Shown here: in pieces, positions 1 to 12,128 of the stretch
How the letters are laid out: each line of letters starts with the position of its first letter
Numbering within the stretch: position 1 is the first letter of the stretch
Assembly: GCF_025526975.1 (NCBI RefSeq)
Contig: NW_026515674.1
Coordinates: 310,001 to 374,000, forward strand
DNA from: Fimicolochytrium jonesii
Taxonomy: Eukaryota
Direction: 5' to 3'
DNA length: 64,000 bases
Notes under the pieces: generated by a model
The model's database searches: none
Told to the model about the DNA's origin: nothing
The model's input: the letters and a program-made list of their open reading frames with translations, nothing else
Position numbers and translations under genes: made by a program

Positions 1-1238
1 CATGTCGTAGGTCTCTCGCAAATGACCTTCGCATCTGACGATGGACTCGATTTTGCTTATAGAGAGTCCATCGGTCTCCATCGTTGTCGGGAATCGCGCT
101 GTCGATCTCAGTACGTAATGCTTACAGCCCCGTCAATCAGGGCCCATACGTATAACACGACGTCATTGGGCCGGCCTAGACCAAGGAGAATGAGGTCGCC
201 GCGTAGGCGTCTTCCGATGCAGGCCGGTCGGAATCCTGATCGCCAAGGCAAGCAGTGGTAGGCTTAGTGGTCCGGAGAGCCGATCCTCCTTACCAGCAAC
301 ATGATGCATCGGCAACCTTGTTCAAAGGGCCGTGAGCAAACACTAGGCCCCGCCGAGCACAATCGGGCAAGATTCTGGCGGGGCCGCCCGGCGCATGATG
401 TCTCCAATGTCGATGAATGCAAAGGCATTCATGAAGCTTAAAGTGATAGCACGTGAATCGACGGACGGCTTTTCTGTGTCCCCCTCAATCGGCATTCCCG
501 GAGACGAGGCCAGAGCGATCGGCGAGCGATCCTTCAACCAGATTTTTGATCAGGTGTAAATCAGAAAAGTGACGCTTGGTGCCTGGGTTGAAAGGGCCGA
601 CGGGAGAATCCGCCGCACTTTACGTGAATCACAATGTACCAAGGCTGAATAAAGCGGCTCGAACCCAGGGGACTCTGGTCGGGCTCCGGTGTTGCGGCGT
701 TTGCAACGACCCAACTGGATCGAAGCTGCAGAATCGACAATTTGTCTCTCACTCCAGGAAGATCGTATTATTCTCTTCGTCTTTACAGTAGATTCCCTGG
801 AAATCTTGGATCGCCTTCCGAACACCGATGGTCTCCTCATCCATGAATGCCTCAGACTTTCATGGACAGCTGCCTTCTCGTCGATCTAGGCCTTGATAGA
901 TGTTATTCGATTTCCGTGCCGTTGGATTTCAGGGGAACATCGTCATTGTGGATGAAAGGGTATCCACTTTAACATGCGCTGCGATTTGTAGCTGGAGGTG
1001 ATGCGGACATGGGGCTGGCGTTCTGGACCGGACGACGTCCACACCTGCAACGTGTCCGGGTGTCTTCAACTACCGAGAAGCCCCGTATATATAGGAAGGT
1101 CCCTGAGCCATCGCTGGAATTCCGCTATGGCTGGAACAGCGTTCCCATATCGCAAAAGAACTCCTCATCACCTTCCACATCGAATCTACTGAAAACCCCA
1201 AGAGCGCATCGGCTTTCCAGCTGCACACCTCTGTATCT

Positions 1239-2303
1239 ATGAGCCCGCAACCGGGCCAGCATACTGGTCTTTTCAACAACCCGGACGACGCCAGCTGTGT
1301 CCTCCGCGTCATCGACACCAGCCGCCGCCCCATCGCTGTAGCGTTCAGCGCGCCTGGACCAACAGATCAGTATTACTGGATTCACGAATGGATCGTCACC
1401 GCCGTATCGGCGGTGCTTGAGGAGGCGTTCGATTGGAGGACGAATCATACAAGACGTGAATGTACAAACTGTGATGACGGGAACGAGGGATGTCATGCCC
1501 GGCATCACAGAGCCGACGGCATCAGGGAGAACGAAAGGACAAGGCGGACGACGAAACGTCCGCACGGGGACTCGCGTACATATTTCCCAATGCAAAAGGC
1601 TTTCAACGGCATTCTATACCAGTGGCACGGAATTCGTCCTGCCGAAAATGCCAAAGATCAGCCTGTGATTACCGAATACCCCCACGACATCAAATGCGCT
1701 CGCGAGCGCCCCAGCACAAAGAGCAGGAAAGACGAGCCGTCGGCGGAACCACAGTCCGCCAGAGTTATGTCCATCGCGACCATAACCTCACCAACGCCAA
1801 CGCCAACATCAACGCCAGCTCCTGCCAGCACGAGGGCGGCCCGCGATTCTTTGTTTAGGGTCGCCACGCATAACGCATCAAACTCGAGAGCCGCGCGAAG
1901 GTCCTCGGTAGACACTCCAGAACCGGCACCGATAACACCCTCATGCGTCCCTCTTCTGACGATCTGCCTGCCACAAACGTCTGCCTGTCCCGAAACGTTG
2001 TATTGGATGTATTCTCGCGACGATGAGCGGTTTCGCAAGGCGTTGTTGCGAATAGAAGGGCAGTCGGCGACATCCCGCGATGGAATTGGCACCGGGGAGT
2101 GCAGGAGTATGATGGAGATGTTTTACTGGTTAGGAATCGAGGAGGATGTTGATGGGATTGACTCCAGTCGACATCTGGAGAATGCCGATGTGATACGTGC
2201 CCCGAAACCGGTCCCATCGGCGTCGAAGCAGATGGAGCATTGGCCTGCAAGATCCTCCCAGCAAAACAGCATCCGTCGTTCGACACACTCGCATAGTCCA
2301 TAG
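1239..2303 (+). CDS. Hypothetical protein, possible split BTB/POZ-like domain
   Basis: 354-aa ATG ORF; TATATA at ~1086. N-terminal 'SCVLRV...YWIHEWIVTAVSAVLEEAF' and later 'ICLPQTSACPETLYWMY...MMEMFYWLGI' resemble the two halves of a BTB fold, separated by a long low-complexity insert. Confidence 0.45.
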   Translation: MSPQPGQHTGLFNNPDDASCVLRVIDTSRRPIAVAFSAPGPTDQYYWIHEWIVTAVSAVLEEAFDWRTNHTRRECTNCDDGNEGCHARHHRADGIRENERTRRTTKRPHGDSRTYFPMQKAFNGILYQWHGIRPAENAKDQPVITEYPHDIKCARERPSTKSRKDEPSAEPQSARVMSIATITSPTPTPTSTPAPASTRAARDSLFRVATHNASNSRAARRSSVDTPEPAPITPSCVPLLTICLPQTSACPETLYWMYSRDDERFRKALLRIEGQSATSRDGIGTGECRSMMEMFYWLGIEEDVDGIDSSRHLENADVIRAPKPVPSASKQMEHWPARSSQQNSIRRSTHSHSP

Positions 2304-3434
2304 CATCTGTGCATGATGCCTTTCTTCAATTCTGATTATGTGCATTGAGAGCACATATAGTTTGTTTTCCTCGTTTTGCCACGACTGCACTGAATACTGT
2401 ATATATGTAACCTTCGTGACGAGACATTCAATGATACTCCACTGAGTTCAGTCGTTGATTTGCGGGAGGTCCAATCCATCGTTGCCTCAGCGATGTAGTT
2501 TACGTGCGGCCAATCGGTCTAGCAATTCTGTCGTCTGCCGGTTACGACATGGCTTGCGCCAAAGATACCGCAGGAATGATGGTAGAGTTATGTAAAGCCG
2601 AGACTTCTTCTCGGTAGAACCAGCAACATTCTTCCGATAAAGACGCGGGAGTCGCCATTCTAGGTGGAACCAACGCCAACGCTATTGCCATCGCACCCAA
2701 CGCTGCTCTCGAGGTCCATGAGGACACGGTATCCTCCACCCGCACCATATCACACACAGAGGGAATATTCGCTCACTGGTAAGGAATTGGGCTACAGATA
2801 GAAAAAGATTCTTTCAACCCCTTCCAGCTGGCGAGCGGCGCGGCCTCTTTCGAGACCGAGTCTATCTCAGTTACGGCCGTAGCCACCCGAGGTAGGGCGA
2901 ACAACGCTTGAGAGGTAACGTTATCCACCACAATAAATCAGGTCTTAAAGTACAATTGGGAGCAAGCGAAATCTGGCACCTCCCATTCTCGTTTTTATAC
3001 GCCGAGGACTTGCGCTTGTGTGGCGCAGCGGCCGACAGTCACGTGACTAGCGAGACTAACGTATACAGTGACGCGCACGATGAATCACTCGAACAGGGCT
3101 TGCGAGTTGTGAACGGATCCGCAGTTCCAAATTCCCACGACGTCGACGATGATCTGTGCATTTACCGACATCTCTGGCAACTTAGAGGACGGATACATAC
3201 TGCATCTATTGCATATTGCAGCTCGAGCGGCTGAGAAGAACGCATCTGATCCTCATTTGATTGGCTGACGAGACTCATTTCAACAACACCGGAGGACAAC
3301 GGAGTGGGAGCTCGGCGACGGGTTTCTAAAAGGAGATAAACTGCAAGAAGAACTCCACGCGAATACCAGCACCTCCTTCCCTCCTCTTTCTCGCTTCATT
3401 CTTGTCGACACGTCGAACACGCGGAAAGCCGGGC

Positions 3435-6400
3435 ATGATTAGCGCTCCGTTCGCTGGTGCGGCCGCGATCGTGGGGTATTTCCCAATTGCCGCGGCGGGC
3501 TACTCCGATTCAAGCACTGCCGTCCCAACAACCGGAGGATTCAGCTACTTCTTTCGCGGCTTTTTCTTTGGAGCAATATTTCTCCTCGCTGCTCAGGTGT
3601 TTGTTATCCACCGACTGCTGGTTCATTTCCTTGCTGATCCTTCGAAGAAGCGGCTACTCGCCCCCTCCGAAGGGGACAGGCCGTCATTTGCTCGAGATTT
3701 CGTGGGGGTCACGTCGAGGGATGGATCGAGGGATGCGGATCACGAAATTCTGAAGGATGAGCTCATTGGGGAAAAGACTAAGTACTCCGCGAGTTCGGCG
3801 CACAAGACATCGCGGGAGCACCACGAACCTTGGCCGGAGAACATCGTCGAGTTCCTGAAAAAGGCATTAACACCTAATGAGGACGAGGATACCTTCTTGT
3901 CAGCAGCAACACCTCCAGTGAACGGTTCTGCAAAAGGCGATGCCGCATCAGGCGACGTCCCGATAGCGGTCGGCCCTACGGAGCAGTGTCATTGGATCAA
4001 TGTTCTGGTCCAAAGGTTTTACCTGGCCCTGCGTGGCAGCGAGCTCTTCAAAACGAAAGCGAAAGCCAAATGGACGGAGAAGATCAATGCCAAGCTGAAA
4101 GGAAATGCATTCTTGTCGCGAGTGGAGATAACAGATATATCTTTGGGAGATCACCCGCCAAAAATCTTTGGAGTCAGATTGCTGAAGGGTATGTCGGACG
4201 ATCTGGCTGTGGTAAGAAGGCTGTCTCTTTCGCGTTATGATTTGTCACCATGGAGGTTGAAGTTCTGCGGCTTGTTTCAGCTTCCACGATAGCTGATTTC
4301 TGACTTCGACCGTTTGGCCTCCTAGTCCGCTGAAATAGATTTGACCTACAATGGTGGCGGGAGTATCGCCATACAAGCGACACTTGTTCGTGGATTGAAG
4401 CTGCCCGTTCGTGTCTACGTATCTAGCTTAGCAGGTCGGCTGCGAGTCCGATGTCCTTCAATCCGATGGCCAGATATGATCGGTGTCGCATTCGTCGAAG
4501 ACCCAGGCGCATCCTTCCGAGTGGACTCACCAATTACTGTGGGCGACAACGAGCTGCTGAGAGGGATGGTCAATAAGCTGTTATCCAGTGTTGTAAGGAA
4601 GGTCTTTCTGGAGTTATGGGTCTTGCCTTCGTGGAGGACATTCTTCATGCCTCTTATGGAGCCGAAACTCGAGGTATGGAGCCCCATCCCATTCAACCAC
4701 AGTAGGGGTATCATGAGCTGACGTTGTCGTCGCCGCCTTCACCCGTAGGACATTCTGGCCCGCCAGCAACAAGCGAGCGCCCCCAAAGATGCCATTGCGG
4801 CGAAGAAGATCCTTGCTTCGAAGGCTGCCACTTTGTGGGAGACCAGGTCGCCTCTATTGCGTCACACTAACAAGGGAGGAGGAACCAATCTGGTCCTCAC
4901 TGGGGACGCCCTGGGTCCGTTGTCATTCTCCACGGATACAGTCCTTGATCCCTCCTCGTCAACCATTGAAGAAATGGAGGATAAGCTTGTACGGGGCTTC
5001 CTGGCATATGCAAAGGATCTGCCCAACCAGATCTTAGACGGCGCCGTAAAGCCAGACGACGCTTCGGATACCACGTCCATCACATCGGAATCTGAGGGTG
5101 GTACTCCTGCAGCCACACCTGGAACAGCAACACCGTGGAAATCCACTCGCAACCGTAACAACATCATCATTGAGAAGAAACGGGTCTTAGTTCAGGACGA
5201 GCAGGTGGCAGAATTGACGAGAGCTACTATGACGATACGGTGCGATGCCGAACGCGTGTATTCCGTCTTGTCAAATCCAGAGCATCATCGGCACGCGGAT
5301 GAGACGTACTCCGGATCAGAGATTGTGCATCAGTTCGGTAAGCATTGGTGTCAGACAACCGTTTCCGAGAAAACAGCTGTTCAATTCATTTTGCATCAAA
5401 CGTAGATGATGCACGTGGTGTCCTTACTTCGACTTATCGCCTAAACAAGGCAACGCAGAAGGTTTTCACCACTTTCAATGTCAAGCGCGTCCTTAGCCCG
5501 AAACGGTCTGCGTCTGGCTCGTCTCTCGCCATTCCAGCAGAGGATGTAGAAACGGCGTCCATCGTTACCACGCAGTCGCGTGCGTCGGAGTCCACGGCCC
5601 GCACTACCGATAGTGTCGACAGGCCTGTTGAGTTCATTGTTGTTTCTAGATCGATCAGAAGCTTCAATGAAACCGCTCAACAGACGGCCACACAGGAATC
5701 GACCCTCGTGCCCGGTCATAATGAAAGTTCGGGGGGAAAAAGCAGCAACCCGGGAAGCAACTGGCAGGGACTCGCTGGATTTGCCGTGCAAGCAGCTGCT
5801 GAGAACAACTCGTCAAGTAGCCCGTCCCAATCTCCACCGTTGCCACAGCGAGGCCCAACTCCCGCCTCCACCTCTTCCAATGCAACTCAGGCGGCCGTAA
5901 ACCCAATACCGAACGATACAAATGATCCACCCAGCGGCAAGATATATGTCTATGGCTATCTCATCACGACCGACCCCACAACGAATGGATCCGACACATG
6001 CAGGGTAACTGTCCTTTCGCAGCTGAGCAGTGACCTCGCAAAGTTGGAGATCTCCTATGATGCCTGTCGAAAGCTGAAAACGTTCATCGAGGAGCTTGCA
6101 TCATTATCAGGCTACGGGACCGATCCAAGCAAGGATCGCAACAAAGACGGGTTGTCCAATCGAAAGGCCAGTGGAAATTTGAGAAGACGGCGCTTCTTCA
6201 GCGACAATGCTTCAGAGAAATCCAACTCCATGTCCTCAACCTTTGCCACGGTCTCCTCTGCATCTTTAGCCACCCTTGCATCAGCGTCAGCTGGATCGAC
6301 AACATCAGAGAAAATCAAAAATATTGTTGGGTCCACGGCAGGGTACCTGATTCGCTCACGGAGAGTGGCGGGATGGCTCAACAAAGGAAGCGGGCGAGGA

Positions 6401-8629
6401 GAGGGCGCAGCCAGCGGTGGTGAGCAGACGCCGACGACTCCGTCTGTACAGTCTCCGGACATGGACTCCCCTGCGATTTCCGAAAGGATCTCCAGCCTTG
6501 CTGATGATGCAGATTTCGAAGGCGAATCCATGCCGCTAGGCCGGTTGCCTCGCAGGCGCTCATCTAGTGAGAGTATGGTCGGCCGTAGCAGTGAAGTCGA
6601 TCCTTTGCCCGTTCCGATCAATCGAAGTCGCGCGAGCACCATGTCGTACTCATCCGCTAACACTCCAGATGATCTCATTGCCGAATCGCTGGAAAGTCGA
6701 GGATCTATTGCATCGTACGCGTCCACGGGCACCTCTCTGCATCTACCGCCAGCAAGTTTCGAGGACGAGGTGTCATTGAGGGGAAGCATACATAATAGTT
6801 CTCAGCCGGATTTGACGTCTTCCGCGGATGATGGGCCTTTGACTGACGTGGACGAGGATCGAGATGAAGACGACGATAATGCGTCACACCAGGGGATATT
6901 CCAGGCCGACTTCGGAGCGGCCGCGTCTTCAGGGGTGGCTTCATCGCCTCCATCATTACCTCCTCGCCTTCCGTCACGTCCGCTTGCAGCGTCTCTCGAA
7001 TCTCCCGGCAATGCTGACTTGGCATCACTTTCAGGACCGTCCAAGAGTGTGCACGACTCTGAAAAAGTGGTGACCATTGGCCCACGGACTCTTTCATTCG
7101 TTCAGATCGACTGCTTTCGGGAAGAGCATCCACCGGATGCCAGATTAGCGTTCACTTGGGACTATTTTGTCGTGGACGCTTCTCAACATCAGCAGCACAA
7201 TAGTCAAGCTGCGTACGGATCAAATACTACTGTTCTCTTTTCTCTCTACTTCATTCCCATTCCGGAGTCTGATGAAACGAATGAAACGAAGGCTGATACG
7301 CCTTCGCATGCCGCCGAACGCATCTTACTTCGATGCCTGCCGAAAGCCAGCAATATCCCCGCTGGACTCATGAATAGCATCGACACCATGTCAACGGAAG
7401 AATTGTCTACTGCAAGATACATCATACCCCCAGTTACGACACACACGAGATTCAACCAGAAAGCAGCGGCCGAAATACTAGTCTCTTACTTGCCCTCTGG
7501 GAGGTTCCTTCTTGTCTTTGACAATACCGGCGAAAGGAGGATGACGAAAGCTGCCTATTATAACGCCGCAATCCGAGTCGTCTCAGACAAGCCCAAAGAC
7601 GAAGGCCGCCCTGACTCGGGGGGATTCCGCACCCCTCCTCCGATGCTCGGCGGGGAATCCGAATTTGCATTGCATCAATCTCCCTCCTTATCAGCATTAT
7701 CACGATCGCTCAATGCACACATACCGGTCACTCCTATCCGCACGACGTTGGACGTTGCGGTGCCACGGAAACAGCGTGTGAGACTTCCAGTTCTGGTCGA
7801 TGCTACTGTCGACCAACCCGTTGATTTATACTGGGAGTTCCTGGTGGCTGCTGGGTCTGAGGTTGGGTTCGAGGTTCACTTCGAGGAGATTGTGGGAGGG
7901 CAAGGCGACCGGGACAGCCACGAGACTGAGGAGGATGGTCCGCCGATGTTACCTCTCGTCCGCGCCGATATCGATCCGCAGATGAGTTCGTTGCTGAATC
8001 TCATTGCCGGCGAAAAGGCCGAGGAAAGCTCGTCTGCGCCATTAGATGTCTCGAAAGATCCAACGAGCAACACGACCACGCAGGAGGCAGCAGATCTCCT
8101 CGTCGCTGCATCTGCAGTGACAGAAGCGATCTTGGCCGGGCCGGACTCGGCCGTCTTTGGTCGGTCTGCCACGCCACCAGCGACGACGCCACGAGACTCG
8201 CAATCCCAATCGCCGGGCATGTCGCGTCAATCCTCCCGACTCTCCCTCTCAGCTCGTTTGGCTGCCGCCGTACAAGCCCGCCAATCTCAAACGCTTACCC
8301 ACTCACCCCATGTCGTCGACAATTCTACTACTACCACCACCACCGCCAGCGGCAGCAGTAGCAGAAGCGCCCCGGTCCCATTCACACGCACCCTCACTCT
8401 CGTCCGCGACGCATCATCCGCATCTACCTCCTCTTCCACGACGTTAGCCCACGATGCCTCACAACAACCACCATCGAATGCCCGTGGCGGCCCGCGGTGC
8501 AGCGCAGGTAAGGCTTCGCGTCGGATCAATAGCCGAGGCGTCGTCACATTTGTTTGGGATAACTCGCATGCTGTTGTTGCGGGACGGCGAGTCAGTTTCA
8601 CTGTCTGGACCGAGCCCGTTGTCAAGTAG
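3435..8629 (+). CDS. Membrane-anchored SMP/TULIP lipid-transfer protein (Mmm1/PDZD8-like SMP) with START-like and two GOLD-like domains
   Basis: Exons 3435-4211, 4326-4673, 4749-5337, 5406-8629 join in frame through GT-AG introns. N-terminal TM (FFRGFFFGAIFLLAAQVFV). SMP motifs EQCHWINVLVQRFY, ITDISLGDHPPKI, IDLTYNGG, VAFVEDP, WVLPSWR. START-like segment ~5130-6100. GOLD-like motifs GRFLLVFDN and GVVTFVWDNS...RRVSF. Confidence 0.85.
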
Positions 8630-11600
8630 CGTGCGAGCGCGGCGTTGGATCGGACGTGCTGTTACGCATGACTCCACAGACGGAGCTGCAGTTTTTCACG
8701 AAGGGGAAGATCTGTTTTTCTGCCTGCGTCGTTGAGCTTTTGCGTCCTCCTCTGCCCCTCGGCCTGTTCTTTCATTAATCAGCAAATGTTAGATCGGTCT
8801 CAGGCCTCCACTCGCAAAGCTTCTCTGGCCTTTCTCGTTTTGCATTGCAGATGGCAATCATTGGACCATCCTCTGATGCGGTCCAAACCGCGTAAATTAC
8901 AGGGTTGGGGATGTAACTTATGACTTTCTAAAAACGTATTGCCACAAGAAAAAAAACGCCCCGTTTAGACCCAAAGAGTGGGGTAACTACATGCACATTG
9001 CACATATATATACAAAGCTGTCGGTGTGTATGCCCCTTTGCGTCATCTTGGCTACCTTTGGTGTGTGGCGGGCGGCTTTGGCAGACAGAACTGGCTATCA
9101 TCATGGCCCAACGCCAGTGTCCCGGGCATGATATGTTGTTTTCCGAGTCCTGCACCAGGATGAAAGCAACAAGAATGCATGCATACACCAGCCCGTGGTA
9201 CTCCGTGAGGGGAATTCCACTCCATTTGTGCTGTTATATTACGTACGTAGTAACCTGTTATATTTGTCATCTCTGTCACATGAGAGAAGGACCTGAATGC
9301 AAAAGTTTGATGGGTTGCGGGATGTCTGGGACTGCTGGAACTGCTGGGTTCGCGTCGGACGGGGCATTCGAGGAATCCAGGCCAATCAGAAGGGGTGCGC
9401 GAGGGTCCGCGGAAGCAAGCACAATAGGGTATTGTGCGTTGGGCCAAACAGCACAAGGAGTATTCTCCGTTGCCCTTGGTATTGGGGAGCCCCACACCGG
9501 GTCGCTTGACTCGTAAGCCTTTCCCTTGGTTGCAAGGCAAAGAGTAGGAAGAAAAGACCCGCCTGCGATTTGGATTTCACGGTTATAACAAGGCTGCTAT
9601 TGCCACAGGTAGGGGCGAGACAGCTCCCGTCGCTTCGTTCCTGCCCGCTTTTGTGGTTGTGCGGTTGCCTTGTGTGTATTTTCCCTCGCTCAATACCACG
9701 TACTGTACAGACTTTACCGTGGTGCTCTTGGTGCTTACCCCACCTTTTCCCTCGACTTACCCTTGGGACCCAACCCCGGCTCGCGTAAAACCCAAGCGTG
9801 ACTTTTCTCACCAAAGCATAACCCTTCTTCGCCTCGTCCTGTCTCCGGCAGGCGTGTGGGCAGCTCGACCTCGGATTTCTCGCAAACTAGTTGGCATAAA
9901 CGCCAGCACGGTGCTTTCATATTTATTGGACGGGATCGATCGACCGGTTATTGTGGCAGTCCGACCAAGCAGTTGGCGAGCAGTAAGGTGAGACCTAACA
10001 ACCGCCGTTCTCCTGTGGATTTAGATCTATACGGCAGCTGCTGTAGCTCTCGGATTCCTGTACTCGTTGTCCATGAGGCTCACTTCTCTTTATCGTCGCG
10101 GAATATCTTCAGCTGAACCTCTCAAGGTGTTTAGAAAACTGTAAAAACACTTGTCAAACCTGCAAGCAGAAAGTCCAGGTATGTTGTTCCCATGTTCACA
10201 CGTCGAGTGAGAATAGTTCTCATGGATATCCTGTCAAAGCAACGTATTATTGTCGTCGCTCACTCGTACTTTCGGGGGGGTGTCTTAGGTCAATAAGATC
10301 CACGGATTGCCGTTCAACTTCTACAGCGAAGGACAATACCCCAACAACAATACGCACAAGCGCGCGAATCCTTCACGAGCCTGCACGCACCGGGCTTTAG
10401 TACGCACACAACGGTGACAACCGCCCATTCGATAATACGTCCTGCAGCACGCGTTCTTCGCACTCTCAACGTTGCGCATACCCGCTTCCTGCCCTCACCC
10501 TACGAATATCCCGGTCCCACCCACTTCTCCCGCCTTCGCTGTGTCTTGACCGCAACAGCAGTGCCCGCGCCCAAGGTAACAACGGCAACAAGCCACCGGA
10601 CCTGCTACGCATACAACACCGCTACAGACAGAGCAGCTTTACACTAGCTCTCTTCAAGGAAGTTTTCAGACCGCTGTGACGATTGGGAACGGCTGTTGTA
10701 TAGAATCGACATTTGCCCTGGTTCAGGTACGTTGCCTTGGGATGATGCACCAGCTGAGAAATGTGGCTGTCAGGGGTCAGATCTGATAAAAAGGGTCGCG
10801 TTGACCAGGGGAATTTTTCCCACTCTGTTGGTATGGTTTTGGAGCCGTACGCGAAGGAAACGCAAAATAGAGAACCGCCCCTGTGCACGTTGATCTACAG
10901 TGCACATCGACGTCGGTCGGACATGAATGGTGGCGAATCGGCGAAGACGGAACACTTTGTCGGCGCGGTCCACCCCGGAGGCAATGCCGATGGTTCGATG
11001 GGCCTATATGGGTCGCGTTTTGGCGGCCGGGAATCGGCGTGGGAAAAACGGAAGCGATTGGTGTGCTCAATCGGCGGACTTGCTATTTGTAGCAACGCAA
11101 TGGACTCATTTGTCGCATTCATTGTGGGGTCTGCCCTTTGTGTGTGGGGTCTTGCTTTTTGACGGGATCGCCGTCGATCTGCTGGCCTACTTCTTCCCTA
11201 CTTGGCGTTGTCGAACAGGACTATGTCGTTGACTGCTGGCGTCCGATCGAGGCTGGAAGTGGATGGGTCGAGTCAACGCACGAATGCGCTCTCCTCTCGT
11301 ACTTACGGCGAGTGCGGAGCTGCTTTCGTCTTGGTCCCGATGACCGCGCTGCCTGGGAACCCGATCGTCGGTACTGGTCGATCTAACAGCCACTTTCTCT
11401 CTCGCTTCCCCAATTCTAGTAGCAGCACAGCGACTCCCAGACATTCTGGCTAGGTTCCTCGAAGCCTCGATTTACCTTGACGCACCTTATATTGTTGCAG
11501 TCGAGGGTGGCGGGTCACATTTTCCCACGCAACCTACGTGACAACTCGGGCTCCACAAGCATCCACCAATGCAGGCAGTCTACCGTTCTGTCACCTAAAG

Positions 11601-12128
11601 GTACGCTCTCCGCTTCCTTCGGGATACAGATACTTGTTCGGGATGTTGGCCTGCTTGCCGCGGTGGAACGACGTCGTCGAGTTGGGACTTGCTGGACCGG
11701 GCCAATGGTGGCCAACTGAGCATTGTTTGGGCTTTGATCGAAATGAGACACGCGGCTCCCTAGGCGATCCTCGGATGCAGATCAGCCGTTGATAAGTCAT
11801 CTTCTGGCCCTGGAGACATTTCAACACCAATCTTCCCGTTTCTTACTCTGCTTCAGCGTATTCTAACTCGTTGTTCGTTCCCTCCCACATCGTCGACATG
11901 CAGCTACGTACACTACTCTACCAGAAACTGACCGTTTGCTGTCCAGCGCTCGGTCGTCAGGTCAAGGTTTATGGATCGCCAGCCACATCGAATCGAATCG
12001 TCTTCTGTTTCTCAGAGGCGACAATTCGCGCAGGCGGCTGCATCTAGCCGAAAGCTCCTCTCGAACTGCAGGCCCCCCTTCACTTCACTCCCAGCGTATT
12101 TGCGTTTACGCCATAGCTCTTGTCTAGC

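Noticed and set aside
1..980. Possible minus-strand gene fragment (MDEETIGVRKAIQDFQGIYC... near 845)
   Set aside because: Could not build a consistent spliced ORF and no family was recognisable.
8630..12100. Numerous 60-170 aa ORFs in the intergenic region
   Set aside because: Mostly non-ATG starts, with no motifs or codon bias; expected noise in GC-rich DNA.
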